A DNA stretch of 64,000 nucleotides from Phycisphaerae bacterium (GCA_963675745.2 CAXXWX010000007.1:32001-96000); one strand, 5' to 3'; shown: positions 19,249-30,204, numbered from the stretch's first letter. Notes: generated by a model not told the origin, from the letters alone. A program made the numbers and translations.

Positions 19249-22104
19249 TTAAACACGAAGACTCGAACCGCTGCGCGCGAGCAGGCAGTCCGTCGCCGTG
19301 CTGCATCTGCGCGAGATGATGAAGCCGTAAACGGCAATCGCGCAGAGTGCGATGATGGCGAAGAAGGACGTATCGGCGTACCAGGCACCGGTGTCGAATG
19401 TCATTGGATACAGCAGGTATATCGAGCAGACCAGCACGCCGATCATGACCGGGAGCGGCCCGAAACGTTGCAGGGCCCATACGCCGGCGCCGATGCAGAC
19501 CAGTCCGATCATCAGCCACGAAACAGCCGGGTTCGTGCCGCGCGGGACAAACATGGGCGCGATGAGCAGCACCGTCGCCAGGCTTGCCAGGGCGGGCCGT
19601 TTCAGCCAGACGCGCAGCATTACCAGCAGCAGGAGCACGAAGAGCCCCTCATAGATGGCATGGCGCAGGGCGTCGAGCCCGACGCCGAGCGCATAGCGCC
19701 CACTGAGCACCGCCAGAAACGCCTCGCGATCACGCCAGACCTCGCGCGCCCTGAGGCCGAGCAGATGTGTGACGTGCCAGTCCGACAGCAATGCCAGCGC
19801 CCAAAGCGACCCGAGCACGGCCCCCAACAACAAGTCACGCCCGACGAGCGGATCGGAAATTCTCCCGGCCAACAGGCGGCTCCATGAAATCAGCGTGTGC
19901 GGCCAGAAGCGGCGTACGTAAGGTTCCAAAGCCGCGTAAAACAGCCCGACCATGGTCGCCTCGCCCAGCGCGCCCAACACGGCCAATACCACGAGAGTCC
20001 ACTCCTGGTCGAAGTCGGCCGCGTGGCGCGCCAACAGCAGCCAGGCCGTCAGGCGTATGCCGAAGATAGCCGCGGCCACGCGCAGCGCGCCGCGCACGTC
20101 GCCACGTCCGCTGCGCACGTTGGCGCGCGCCAGTGGCAGGGCCCCAATCAGCAGAGCCGCAACTATCAGCGTGCGTGAATAGTCGACCAGCCGCCGCCGA
20201 AACGTCTCACGCGATGATTGCAGCGCGCTTGCCAGACGCAGCTTGTCACTGAGCACGGCGAACAGCACGGGCTGATCGCGAAACGCGGCACCTTCGACGT
20301 ACACGCGCTGCTCGGGCCGATCGGGATGCGGTCCGGTCCAGGCGACGCGCGTGTCGGCATACGTGCGCGGCCGGCTGCGCGGCTCGGCGGGTTGCATCAG
20401 CTTCAGATCCAGACCGGCCGCCGCGAACAATGACGGCCAATCCGGGGCGCGCGGCGGACCGTCGCGCTGTTCATACAAGTGTTGGATATGCTCGTATCCC
20501 AGCAGGCGGCCGTCAGGGTCTATCGTCAGGCGGCGCGAGCCCGGATACACCGGCGGCGGGTCGTCGAACAGCACCCGACTTCGACCGAAGATCAAATTCG
20601 CCGGCGAGTTGGGCATCAGCCGCGTTTCGCTCTGTCGATACCAGAACACCACGTCCGAACGCCCGGTGGTGGCGTAATCAACCACGGCGCGCTCGCCAGC
20701 GGGCGTGATCGTGTCAACCAGATCACACCGCAGGCCGGAAGACAGACCATACGCCGAGTCACCAGCATTCGCGCCGTACCCCAATGTGCTGAGCAACTCG
20801 CGCGCGCGGTGGGCCAGCACCGTGGGCGACTCGGTGCAACTTCGCCAGTCGGGTGTGTGCCCGGTCTGCGGCATGAGCACGATCGCCACCAGCATCGCGA
20901 TGAACGCGGCCAGCGCATATATGCACCAGCACGTGCCCAGGCCGGTCACGCCGCCCGCGGCGGCGATCAGCTCCGGCGATGGGGTTTGCCCGGCGGAGAC
21001 GGCGATCGCCAGCACATCGCCGCCCGGCAACGCCGCCGCCACCGCCAGGGCCGACGCGGGTCGGCGACGCGGATCACGCTCCAGACACTGCAAAATCACG
21101 CGCTCAATCAGCGGATCGATATCGCTGTGCAACGTGGACGGCGATGAGGGGATCTTGTGCTCATACTGGTGCATCAGGTCGGCCACACTCGTGGCTTCAA
21201 ACGCGGGCCGACCGGTGAACAACTCGTAGAGCACCAGTCCCAGCGCGAACACATCGCTGCGCACCGAGACGTCACGGCCGGCAAGCTGCTCAGGAGCCAT
21301 GTATGCCGGCGTGCCCGCCTGGACGTCATCGGCACCGATCTCCTCGCGATGCCCCGCCAGGCCAAAATCCGTGATGCGCACGCGGCCGTCACTGTCGAGC
21401 ATGATGTTTGCCGGCTTCAGATCGCGGTGCAGCACGCCCTTTGCGTGGGCCGCGGCCAGACCGGCGCAAATCTGATGGGCAATATCCAGGGCCTTGTCGG
21501 CGGGCAAACGGCCGATGCGGCGCTGGAGCGCGGCGAGGTTCTCGCCGTCGATATACTCCATCGAAATGAAGTGCTCGCCCTCCCAATCACCAATGTCATA
21601 GACGCGGCACAGGTTCGCGTGACTGATCTGTCGCGCCACCCGCACTTCATGCCGAAACCGATCAAGCCAGGTCGCGTCGGCGGAGAGATTCGTCATCAGG
21701 TACTTCAGCGCCACGGGCTGATCGAGGGCAAGATCGTCAGCCCGGTAGACTTCGCCCATCCCGCCGCGGCCCAACAGCGCGCTGATACGGTAGCGATTGG
21801 CGATAACCGTGCCCGGCGTGAATCCGTGATCGGAGTCGCGCGCGATTCCCGAGCGCGGCGACTTTGGCCCATGCGATGCCGGTCGCGTCGGTTCGGCGAC
21901 GCCGGCCGGAGTAGCGCCCGCGGAGGTCTTGCCGAGTGCCGCCCCCGATGCAGCATCGTTGTTGTGCCGCAACAGCGTCAACACCTCGTCGCGCAGGGCA
22001 CAGTCGTCGCCGCTGGAAAGACGCACGTATGCCTCGCGCTCGTCGGGCGGTCTCTCGCACGCGGCGAGGAACAACTCTCTGACACGATCGTGCGGCTGGG
22101 GCAT
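19249..22104 (-). CDS. Membrane Hanks-type Ser/Thr protein kinase with a polytopic C-terminal domain
   Basis: LGRGGMGEVY, VALK, HRDLKPAN, DFG, GTPAYMAPE; then one TM, a periplasmic region and about 7 further TM segments. Confidence 0.92.
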   Translation of the reverse strand: MPQPHDRVRELFLAACERPPDEREAYVRLSSGDDCALRDEVLTLLRHNNDAASGAALGKTSAGATPAGVAEPTRPASHGPKSPRSGIARDSDHGFTPGTVIANRYRISALLGRGGMGEVYRADDLALDQPVALKYLMTNLSADATWLDRFRHEVRVARQISHANLCRVYDIGDWEGEHFISMEYIDGENLAALQRRIGRLPADKALDIAHQICAGLAAAHAKGVLHRDLKPANIMLDSDGRVRITDFGLAGHREEIGADDVQAGTPAYMAPEQLAGRDVSVRSDVFALGLVLYELFTGRPAFEATSVADLMHQYEHKIPSSPSTLHSDIDPLIERVILQCLERDPRRRPASALAVAAALPGGDVLAIAVSAGQTPSPELIAAAGGVTGLGTCWCIYALAAFIAMLVAIVLMPQTGHTPDWRSCTESPTVLAHRARELLSTLGYGANAGDSAYGLSSGLRCDLVDTITPAGERAVVDYATTGRSDVVFWYRQSETRLMPNSPANLIFGRSRVLFDDPPPVYPGSRRLTIDPDGRLLGYEHIQHLYEQRDGPPRAPDWPSLFAAAGLDLKLMQPAEPRSRPRTYADTRVAWTGPHPDRPEQRVYVEGAAFRDQPVLFAVLSDKLRLASALQSSRETFRRRLVDYSRTLIVAALLIGALPLARANVRSGRGDVRGALRVAAAIFGIRLTAWLLLARHAADFDQEWTLVVLAVLGALGEATMVGLFYAALEPYVRRFWPHTLISWSRLLAGRISDPLVGRDLLLGAVLGSLWALALLSDWHVTHLLGLRAREVWRDREAFLAVLSGRYALGVGLDALRHAIYEGLFVLLLLVMLRVWLKRPALASLATVLLIAPMFVPRGTNPAVSWLMIGLVCIGAGVWALQRFGPLPVMIGVLVCSIYLLYPMTFDTGAWYADTSFFAIIALCAIAVYGFIISRRCSTATDCLLARSGSSLRV

Positions 22105-22177
22105 TTGTGTGGGTCCGCGCCGTTTATTACCCGCGAGACTCGCCGTATACCAGACAGGTGCCGGTGCCCGGCAGTGC

Positions 22178-24163
22178 CTACTTCTTGTCGCCGCGCTTGT
22201 CGCCGCGCGCCGCGCGTTTTCGTGTAGCGCGCTTCGGCTTAGTGGGCGGTGCCGTGGTCTCTTTCGTCGCTTGAGTGTCGCCCGCGGGGGTCGGTTTATG
22301 ACTCGGGTGGAGCTTGGCAAACGCCAGCCGGTACGCCGCGTTGTAATTGCCGATCAGTCGCGTCCAGTCAAAATACTCGGCATGGCCCTCGGTTTTGTTG
22401 CGCAGGGCAATGCGTTCCCGGCGCGTCGTGCGCGTCAGTGCGTGGACCCAATTCACGATCTGTCCGACAGCGGTGCCCGTCGGCGCGCCGTTGCGCCTGG
22501 CCACGTATATCCCGCTCTCTTCATGCCGGGGGAGATTCTCCATGGCAAACGTGCCAAAGCCGCTGAGATCGCTGGTGATGGCCGGCACGCCGCGAACGAT
22601 GCACTCCAACGGCGTGTAACCCCACGGCTCGTAGTACGAGGGAAAGACGCCCAGGTGACAGCCGCGCACAAACTGGTCGTATTCAAGCCCGAGCAACGGA
22701 CTGGTGGCGGTCATGAACTCGGGGTGGAAGACGATTTTGACGCGGTCGTCCGGCAGATTCCAAAGCCCGCGGTGGCGCAGGTGCCTGAGCACCGGGTCGT
22801 TGTCCTGGTCGATCAGGTCGTGCGTGATGATGGTGGGCAGCGGACCCTGATGCAGAGCATACATCATGCGCTTCAGCCGCAGGGTCGCATACTCGTCGAG
22901 CAAATCGTCGATCGTCGGCATCTTGCCGCGGGCCACCGTGCGGAACAGCTTGCGACCGATCTCCGACGTGATCGTCTCGCAGGTGTCGCGCAGCTCATTG
23001 AACATGGCCTGCCGGTTCAACGTCTCGACATTCAGCGCATGATACCTGGCGCGTGTCACGATAAACGCGATGACCGTGGCCGGAGAAGACTCCGCTTTCA
23101 TGCGCTGGTTCAGTTCGTGCAGCGCCTCAATAAACACGTCGAGCCCCTTGTTGCGATACTCATAGCGGCCGGACGTGAAGATGTAGTACGTATTGTCCAG
23201 GTCAAACGTGTAGCTGGGGAAGAAGTGCCCCATCACGAACTCATGAATCCGGTCGCGATACTGGCGATGCAGTATCTGGAATTCGTGCGGGGCGGAGAAA
23301 CGCTCGATATTGAGCCCGTTCGGCAATAGTACGTCCGCGTTACGCCCCAGAAACTGACGCGCTTCCAGCGCCGTGATCCCCGACACGGTTGTAAACACGT
23401 CGGCGGATTGCGCCGCCGCACCCTCCAGCGCATGCCGGTGGGCGAACCCGTGCTGATACGCGACAGCGGCACCGTCGATGCTCCCCAGGTGCTCGTACAG
23501 ATCCACATTGGCCGCGCTGATGTTGCGCCCCACGAGCGTCGCGTGCGTTGTGAAGACCGTCGCGATCGGCGTCTGGCGGTGTTTCAGCATCGGGACGGCG
23601 GCGGCACCTTGCCACTCATGAAAATGTGCCAGGATCGGCCGCCCGGAAATCAGCGGGCGAAGGGCTGTCAGAAACTCCGCCACGGCGTAGCCGAACGCGC
23701 AGCACTCGTCGAATTCGTACTCGTGATCCGGGCAACTGATGCCGTTGTCTTTCCAGAGGTGGTACTTGATCTCGCCGAGCTTGTGCGCCACGGATGCCAG
23801 GTCGACCAGCAGCACCTGCGGGCGCCCGGTGACCAGCCAGCGGCCAAAGTGCATGCGAATGCCGTGGCGACCGACCTCTTCGAGCGCGGCCTTGATCGGT
23901 CCACCCGGAGGGTGTGGCTCCAGCTCGACCTTGGCGGATGCCTCGCGGTAAGGTCCCATGAGATAGTACGAGTCGCGCCAACGCCGCACCGTGGCGGGTG
24001 CCTTGCTCCTCAGGACGGTGTAGATCCCTCCGACCTGCGTGCAGACTTCCCACGCAACCTCGAACAACATCGATGAGGCCGTGCGAATCTCCAGCAGGGC
24101 GGCGTCGCGCTTCGACGATCGTCCCAGATAGCTGCGCTCGTGCGGTTGCTTGGCTTGCGTCAT
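22178..24163 (-). CDS. Glycogen synthase, GT3 (eukaryote-type) family
   Basis: FEVAWEV..QVGGIYTV..SK, HFHEW, TTHAT..GR, SGRYEY.NKG, FPSYYEPWGYTP.EC. Confidence 0.93.
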   Translation of the reverse strand: MTQAKQPHERSYLGRSSKRDAALLEIRTASSMLFEVAWEVCTQVGGIYTVLRSKAPATVRRWRDSYYLMGPYREASAKVELEPHPPGGPIKAALEEVGRHGIRMHFGRWLVTGRPQVLLVDLASVAHKLGEIKYHLWKDNGISCPDHEYEFDECCAFGYAVAEFLTALRPLISGRPILAHFHEWQGAAAVPMLKHRQTPIATVFTTHATLVGRNISAANVDLYEHLGSIDGAAVAYQHGFAHRHALEGAAAQSADVFTTVSGITALEARQFLGRNADVLLPNGLNIERFSAPHEFQILHRQYRDRIHEFVMGHFFPSYTFDLDNTYYIFTSGRYEYRNKGLDVFIEALHELNQRMKAESSPATVIAFIVTRARYHALNVETLNRQAMFNELRDTCETITSEIGRKLFRTVARGKMPTIDDLLDEYATLRLKRMMYALHQGPLPTIITHDLIDQDNDPVLRHLRHRGLWNLPDDRVKIVFHPEFMTATSPLLGLEYDQFVRGCHLGVFPSYYEPWGYTPLECIVRGVPAITSDLSGFGTFAMENLPRHEESGIYVARRNGAPTGTAVGQIVNWVHALTRTTRRERIALRNKTEGHAEYFDWTRLIGNYNAAYRLAFAKLHPSHKPTPAGDTQATKETTAPPTKPKRATRKRAARGDKRGDKK

Positions 24164-24367
24164 GGCGTGCTCGACTCCCGTGGCACGACGGGCGGGCAGG
24201 CGCCGCCGCGTCGTCAAAACGCAATGTAACGCGGGGGACGGGGATATCAACGCGCGAACATAGATGCGCTGCACCGCACGGCGTTCGAGTTCGCGGCGTT
24301 TGCCCCGAGCGATATGCCGCTGACACGGGGTCCAGGCGGTCACGGCGGCCGCTGGAAACCGCTGTTT

Positions 24368-25381
24368 CTACTGCTGGCCCTCGTTGAGTTTGAGCAGTAG
24401 ATCCGGCCAGCCGAAATTGGAAAACACGCCCCCGGTGTGCAGGAACACCGCCGGCCGCTCGCGCCCCCAGCGTCCCGCGCGCACACCGTCCACGACCGCG
24501 GTGAAGGCCTTCCCAGTGTAGACCGGATCGAGCACGACGGCCTCGGTGCGCGCCAGTAGACGAATCGTGCGCAGCGCCTCGTCATACGGGATTGCGTAAC
24601 CCGGGCCGACATAACCGTCCACGAACCGCAGCATCTCGGGCTCGACCGCGACCGGACGCCCGAATTGCTCAACAGTCGCCCGACACAGGCTCAGTATCGA
24701 GCGCTGGTGAAAGGCAACGTCGTCACTGACGGGAACGCCCCAGATGTCGATGTGTTCGAGGCCATAGAGGCAGCGCCCGAGCAGCAGGCCGGCGTAGGTG
24801 CCCCCCGATGAGACGGCCGTGATCAGGTCGCAACTCTCGAGCCCGCTGTGGCGCATTTGCGCGTCCAGTTCCTTAATCGCGCGCATATACGCCCAGCATC
24901 CCAGCGGTTCCGATGCGCCCATCGGCGTAAAGCGGGGCCGGCGTCCGGCACGGGTTAAATCGCGACACACTCGCTCGACTATTCCCGCGCGGTCAGCCTC
25001 GAACCGCCCGCGGGGGAACTCCAGCAGTTCGGCGCCGAAGAGCACGTCAAGCAGATGATTGCCTTGTGGGCGGTCGGTCGCCTCGGGTCGCAGCAGCAGT
25101 GTGCAGTGCAGCCCCAGCTTGGCGCAGATTGCCGCCGCCGCGCGGCAGTGATTCGATTGCGGCGTGCCTTCGGTCACCAGCGTGTCCGCGCCGGAGGCCA
25201 GCATTTCGGCCGCGATGTACTCGAGTTTGCGGACTTTGTTGCCGGTGACTTCGAGCCCGGACAGGTCGTCTCGTTTCATCCAGAGGTGTACGCCACCCAA
25301 CTCGCCGCTGAGACGATCCAGGGGCACCAGTGGTGTGGGCAGCAACGCAAGGGGCAGGCGGTCCGGCTCGTTCGTCGTCAT
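24368..25381 (-). CDS. D-cysteine desulfhydrase / ACC-deaminase-like PLP enzyme
   Basis: KRDDL, GNKVRKLE, QSNHCR, LDPVYTGKA, HTGG. Confidence 0.9.
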   Translation of the reverse strand: MTTNEPDRLPLALLPTPLVPLDRLSGELGGVHLWMKRDDLSGLEVTGNKVRKLEYIAAEMLASGADTLVTEGTPQSNHCRAAAAICAKLGLHCTLLLRPEATDRPQGNHLLDVLFGAELLEFPRGRFEADRAGIVERVCRDLTRAGRRPRFTPMGASEPLGCWAYMRAIKELDAQMRHSGLESCDLITAVSSGGTYAGLLLGRCLYGLEHIDIWGVPVSDDVAFHQRSILSLCRATVEQFGRPVAVEPEMLRFVDGYVGPGYAIPYDEALRTIRLLARTEAVVLDPVYTGKAFTAVVDGVRAGRWGRERPAVFLHTGGVFSNFGWPDLLLKLNEGQQ

Positions 25382-25576
25382 CGGTAGCCTCCGATAGTCG
25401 GCCGCGAGGTAGTGTACCGCGCATGGCCGACTCTGGCGGCGCCGAGCGTCTGATGGGCACATGTGATCTGCCCGCCGCGCAGCCGTTCGGGGCTCGACCT
25501 AGAGAAATTCCCCCCCGGTTTACGCAGACCGTGCGCGATACGATAATACAGGTAGGCGCGATTGGGTAATTCCCGC

Positions 25577-25605
25577 TTGACGCGGGACAAGATACCGGTT
25601 AGTCT
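25577..25605 (+). promoter_or_regulatory. Sigma70-like promoter for the NYN-domain gene
   Basis: TTGACG-N17-TAGTCT followed by an AGGAG RBS. Confidence 0.5.
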
Positions 25606-25622
25606 TCATTGTAGGAGTAAGT

Positions 25623-26123
25623 GTGCCCGTACTTATCGACGGCAATAACTTGCTCCACGCGGTGCGCGCAATTGAAGACCCCGAGCGTCTGTTTGGCCGG
25701 TTTATGCTGAATGACGCGCTGGGTCGCTGGGTACATTGCACAGGCAATCGGGTTCACGTCGTTTATGACGGGCCGGCACCGACGGAAGACCTGGCGCAAC
25801 AGCTAGGCCACGCCGACATCCAGATGACGTTCAGCGGCAGTGGTGTAACTGCCGATGCCGTATTGCGTACGCTTCTCGAGAACGACTCGGCGGCGCGCAA
25901 TCTGCTTGTGGTCTCCTCTGACCACGAAGTGATGCGCTCAGCCAGGCGTCGCAGGGCACGCGCCATACGCTCGAACGAGTTCTGGGACACCTTGCAGCGC
26001 GATTTGGCGCGCCGAACAACCAAGACTCTTGAGCCGGAGGAGAAAAAGCACGGGCTCGAGCCCGATGCCACCGAACACTGGTTGCGCGAGTTCGGGCTGG
26101 ATGAGGGAACGGCAGACACGTGA
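25623..26123 (+). CDS. YacP/Rae1-like NYN (PIN-fold) RNase
   Basis: LIDGNN, VVYDG, TADAV, VVSSDHEV. Confidence 0.85.
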   Translation: MPVLIDGNNLLHAVRAIEDPERLFGRFMLNDALGRWVHCTGNRVHVVYDGPAPTEDLAQQLGHADIQMTFSGSGVTADAVLRTLLENDSAARNLLVVSSDHEVMRSARRRRARAIRSNEFWDTLQRDLARRTTKTLEPEEKKHGLEPDATEHWLREFGLDEGTADT

Positions 26124-26190
26124 CGTGCGGTTGCCGCTTTGCCGACGGATCGGTTTCGTATTGAAACACCGCGCGCGTAGGAGATGTACC

Positions 26191-26586
26191 ATGCTGTCGA
26201 CTACCCAACCCCACACCGCCCTGGACGATCCGGTACTTGCCACCGAGCGCCGGCTCGAAACGCGCGAGCGCCTTCGAGCCGATCTATGGATGGTCGATCA
26301 CAACGGCACAACCGTGCTGCGCTGCCGCTGTGTTGATGCCTCAGAACACGGGTTGCGCTTGCGCGTGCCGCTTGGATACGGCGTGGCCGAGGGGCAACGT
26401 TACGAGCTTCGTTCGCATTTGCCGGGTGTAGCGCCGACTCCTGGTTTCGGGATTGTCGGGCAGCGCTGGGCCACCGTCGTCAGGACATTGATACAGGTCG
26501 GTTTTGGTGAGGACCATCTCGAAGTGGGCGTGGTTCTCGACTCGAACGGCGCCGGTGCCTGGCCGGTCAGGGCAGCATCTGCCTGA
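26191..26586 (+). CDS. PilZ-like domain protein
   Basis: ERR..TR and DASEHG match the RxxxR and DxSxxG motifs; AGGAG RBS before ATG 26191. Confidence 0.7.
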   Translation: MLSTTQPHTALDDPVLATERRLETRERLRADLWMVDHNGTTVLRCRCVDASEHGLRLRVPLGYGVAEGQRYELRSHLPGVAPTPGFGIVGQRWATVVRTLIQVGFGEDHLEVGVVLDSNGAGAWPVRAASA

Positions 26587-28018
26587 GCGCACGTTTCAGA
26601 ATCTTCCCCGTGGAGCCCCGCGGCAGTTCCGGCACGATCCGGATCTGCCGCGGTGTTTTATATCCCGCCAGATGCGCCCGGCAGTGGGCGTGCAGCTCGT
26701 CCGTACTGACCGCGCCTTCCTCGACAACCGTAACGAAGGCGACGGGCACTTCACCGCGCAGCGCGTCAGGCATGCCGATCACCGCGGCGTCACCGACCGC
26801 CGGGTGGGCGTCGAGGACAATCTCAACTTCGCGCGGCGAGACGTTCTCGCCGCCAATGATGATCAGATCCTTCAACCGTCCGGTGATCCACACAAATCCG
26901 TCGCCATCGACGTGCCCGATATCCCCGGTGTGTAAGACGCCGTCGCGCACGGCTGCCGTGGTTGCATCAGGCTGGTTGCGGTAGCCGCGCATCACGCAGT
27001 GGCCGCGGATGACGAGCTCACCATCCTGCCCCGCGCCAAGGCGCCACCCGCGCTCGTCAACCGCCCACACTTCCAGCCCGGGAAGCGGCCGGCCAACCGA
27101 GCCCGGCCGGTATGCATCCTCGGTGTTCAGCGCGACGACGGGCGATGCCTCGCTCATGCCGTAACCTTCATGGATGCGCTTGCCAAACCGCCGTTCAAAC
27201 GTCTCAGCCACACTGCGGGGGAGCGGTTCGCCGCCACTGATGGCCAACTCGAGCGATGCTACGGCTTCGGGATCGGCCGATTTCACCCGCGCCAGCGCGC
27301 CAAACATGCTGGCGATCGTGATAAACACGCTGATCCGCCGCTGCGCGATCGTGTTGAGCACGGTGGTGGGTGTGAAGCGGGGGATGTAATGCACCGCCGC
27401 GCCGAGCAGCAGCGGGACAACCGTCAGCGTCGTGAACCCGAAACCGTGGAATTGTGGGATGATGCCGAGGAAAACGTGCTCGGGCGACAGCCGCGCATGC
27501 TCGATGCTGGCCAGTGCGTTGCGCGTGATATTGGCGAATGTCAGTTCGACGCCCTTGGCCGCGCCGGTGGTCCCGGAGGTGTAGATGATCACCGCGAGAT
27601 CATCATCCCGCGCGTCGGGGGCTTGGCCCGCGCCGGGAATCAGGCTCTGCGCGTCGAGCACGAGCGTGCGCACACCGCCGCCGCTGACAGCCGGCGCGAA
27701 GCGTTCGATCGTGAGCACGAGGTCCAGGCCCGCATCGGCGATGATCGCGCCGAGTTCTTCGCGAGCCAGCATGAAGTTGAGTGGCACGGGCGTCTTGCCG
27801 GCGTACCAGCAGGCGAAGATGGCCGCCGCACACGCGGACGACGTGGGCGCCAGGATGCCCACGCGTGTGGCCGCCGTGTGAGCGCCAATCTGCCCGGCCA
27901 GTCCGCACGCAACCGCCCGAAAACCGCCGTAGTCAAGCTCCAGACGTTCGTCGCTGACGGCCGCGTGCGACGCGAACCTGGTTACGCTGGCCTCCAACCG
28001 GTCAAGCAGAGGGTGCAT
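26567..28018 (-). CDS. AMP-binding long-chain acyl-CoA synthetase
   Basis: YTSGTTG..KG, GYGMSE, HTGD, GRLKD, GKILK. Confidence 0.92.
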   Translation of the reverse strand: MHPLLDRLEASVTRFASHAAVSDERLELDYGGFRAVACGLAGQIGAHTAATRVGILAPTSSACAAAIFACWYAGKTPVPLNFMLAREELGAIIADAGLDLVLTIERFAPAVSGGGVRTLVLDAQSLIPGAGQAPDARDDDLAVIIYTSGTTGAAKGVELTFANITRNALASIEHARLSPEHVFLGIIPQFHGFGFTTLTVVPLLLGAAVHYIPRFTPTTVLNTIAQRRISVFITIASMFGALARVKSADPEAVASLELAISGGEPLPRSVAETFERRFGKRIHEGYGMSEASPVVALNTEDAYRPGSVGRPLPGLEVWAVDERGWRLGAGQDGELVIRGHCVMRGYRNQPDATTAAVRDGVLHTGDIGHVDGDGFVWITGRLKDLIIIGGENVSPREVEIVLDAHPAVGDAAVIGMPDALRGEVPVAFVTVVEEGAVSTDELHAHCRAHLAGYKTPRQIRIVPELPRGSTGKILKRALRQMLP

Positions 28019-28094
28019 CGGCGCTGATCCCTGATTGCAAAATCCGCTGATCGCGGACCGGCCGATCTTCACCGGCCGACAGATATACCCGTGG

Positions 28095-29012
28095 TTACAG
28101 ACCGTCGAAGAGAGCGTCGACAAACGCATTCGGATCGAAGGGTTCGATATGCTCGATGCCCTCGCCCAGCCCGACGAACTTCACCGGGATATCAAGCTGA
28201 TCGCGGATGCCCACGACAATGCCGCCCTTGGCCGAACCGTCCAGTTTCGCGAGAAACAGGCCGGTCACATTTGTAACCTCGGCGAACGTCTTCGCCTGGT
28301 TGATGGCGTTCTGGCCGATGGTGGCGTCCAGCACCAGCAGCGTCTCGTGGGGCGCCTCCGGCAAACGCTTTTGCACGACGCGGTGGATCTTGCCCAACTC
28401 GCGCATCAGGTGGTCCTGCGTGTGCAGGCGTCCGGCGGTATCAAGCAGAAGCACATCCACCTTGCGGGCGATGGCGGCCTCCACGGCGTCGAACGCCACC
28501 GCCGCCGGATCGCTGCCCGGCTGGTGCTTGACGATTCCAACACCGGCGCGTTCGGCCCAGATGCCGAGCTGATCGATGGCGGCGGCGCGAAATGTGTCAC
28601 ACGCTCCCAATAGCACTGACTGGCCGTTTTGCCGGAGATAGTGGGCCAGCTTCGCGACCGTGGTTGTCTTGCCCGATCCGTTGATGCCGACGACAAAGAC
28701 AACCGTGGGCGGCGTGTCAGCCAGCCGCAGCGCTCGATCGCCGGCGTTCCAGGTTCCGACGATGCGCTGCTTGAGGAACGGGAGGATCTCCTGCGCCTCG
28801 CTGATCTGGCCGTTTTTCCAGGCGTCCCGAATCTCGTCGTGCAACGCCATTACCGCGCGCGGGCCCATGTCGCCGGTGAGCATCGCGTCCGCCAGCTCAT
28901 CCAGCAGATTCTCGTCAATCTTGCGGCCGATCGTGAGGATCCGTCGCAAGCCGCCGAGCACCTTGTCGCGTGTCTTGGTCAGCCCCTTCTTGAATGCGTC
29001 AAACAATCCCAT
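28095..29012 (-). CDS. ftsY: SRP receptor FtsY (NG domain only)
   Basis: GINGSGKTTT, DTFRAAA, DTAGR, KLDGSAKGG. Confidence 0.97.
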   Translation of the reverse strand: MGLFDAFKKGLTKTRDKVLGGLRRILTIGRKIDENLLDELADAMLTGDMGPRAVMALHDEIRDAWKNGQISEAQEILPFLKQRIVGTWNAGDRALRLADTPPTVVFVVGINGSGKTTTVAKLAHYLRQNGQSVLLGACDTFRAAAIDQLGIWAERAGVGIVKHQPGSDPAAVAFDAVEAAIARKVDVLLLDTAGRLHTQDHLMRELGKIHRVVQKRLPEAPHETLLVLDATIGQNAINQAKTFAEVTNVTGLFLAKLDGSAKGGIVVGIRDQLDIPVKFVGLGEGIEHIEPFDPNAFVDALFDGL

Positions 29013-29023
29013 GTGCCAGGTTC

Positions 29024-29551
29024 TCACTCATGTGTGGAAGGCGTCTGGTTAGCCGAAGGACCCGCTGCGTCCGCCGGCGGTGGAGCATTCGGTCCCTCGG
29101 GGGCCTCCGCCAACCCCTGTTCGCGCCGGATCCCATCCAGCACGCCATTCACGAACCCCGGAGAATCCACGTCGCCGAACCGTCGGGCCAACTCGATGGC
29201 CTCGTTGATCACCACCTGGTGCGGCGTTTCCGGGCAATCAAGCAGCTCGTGCAAGCCGATCCGCAGAATGTTGCGATCGATCGGCGCCATGCGTTGGACC
29301 GACCAGCCGGTGACTGCGGCGCTCAGCAGCTTGTCGTAAACACCTTGCCCCTGCCACGCGGCGCGGGCCAATTGACGGGCAAATGACAGCACCTCGGGTG
29401 GAAGTGGGCGTTTAATGCCCAGGTCGTGCTGGTTTACGGTATCGCGCAGAAACTCGTCAATCAGCTCATCGAACGTCGCCCCCAGCACGTCATACAGACA
29501 CGCCGCCTGGAGAGCCAACATTCGCGCTTGCGACCGTTTTCGATGTGGCAT
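29024..29551 (-). CDS. nusB: Transcription antitermination factor NusB
   Basis: DRNILR, VVINEAIELA..FG, FVNGVLD; lies just downstream of ribH. Confidence 0.95.
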   Translation of the reverse strand: MPHRKRSQARMLALQAACLYDVLGATFDELIDEFLRDTVNQHDLGIKRPLPPEVLSFARQLARAAWQGQGVYDKLLSAAVTGWSVQRMAPIDRNILRIGLHELLDCPETPHQVVINEAIELARRFGDVDSPGFVNGVLDGIRREQGLAEAPEGPNAPPPADAAGPSANQTPSTHE

Positions 29552-29585
29552 ATGCGAGTGTCGGCCGTGGTGAGGGAATCCCGGT

Positions 29586-30056
29586 CTACTGCGCGAGCGC
29601 CGGCAGCAGGTTACACATTTCGATCGCGGCCAGGGCCGCGTCGGCGCCCTTGTTGCCATGCTTGGTACCGGCTCGATCAACCGCCTGTTCGACCGAGTCA
29701 GCCGTGATGATTCCGAATGTGACGGGTACGCCGGTCATCAGCGAGACCTGCGCGATGCCCTTGGTGACCTCGTTGGCCACGTACTCAAAGTGTGGCGTTT
29801 GGCCGCGGATCACGCAGCCCAGACAAATGACGGCGCCGTATTTCCCACTCTGCGCCAGCTTCAGCGCCGTAAGCGGGATTTCAAACGAGCCGGGCACCAG
29901 CACCTGCGTGATCCTGGTCTCGTCGCCGCCGTGCCGGACGATGGTGTCCATGGCCCCATCGACGAGGCGGCGTGTGATAAAGTCGTTCCAGCGCGATACA
30001 ACCAGCGCGAAGTTGCACTGGCCGGCATCGAGTTTCGCGGAAATCACGGTTGGCAT
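29586..30056 (-). CDS. ribH: 6,7-dimethyl-8-ribityllumazine synthase
   Basis: [26 protein letters not shown]. Confidence 0.97.
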   Translation of the reverse strand: MPTVISAKLDAGQCNFALVVSRWNDFITRRLVDGAMDTIVRHGGDETRITQVLVPGSFEIPLTALKLAQSGKYGAVICLGCVIRGQTPHFEYVANEVTKGIAQVSLMTGVPVTFGIITADSVEQAVDRAGTKHGNKGADAALAAIEMCNLLPALAQ

Positions 30057-30176
30057 GGCCTGACTCTGATCCTGGAGTTAGTTAATCCGAACAAGCCAGT
30101 TTACTCCACGCGTACCGCAGCGGCAACCACAACCGCCGACCCTGGCACGTCTTGCGGGTCACGGCGTGGATTTCAT

Positions 30177-30204
30177 TTGCCTGTCTATCTACCCGTGCTA
30201 TACT
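30177..30204 (+). promoter_or_regulatory. Strong sigma70-like promoter with extended -10, pointing into a non-coding gap
   Basis: TTGCCT-N16-TATACT with TG.TATACT. Confidence 0.7.

Noticed and set aside
30057..30200. FMN riboswitch ahead of ribH
   Set aside because: No AGGGCGGGGTGAAATTCCC-like RFN motif on the minus strand
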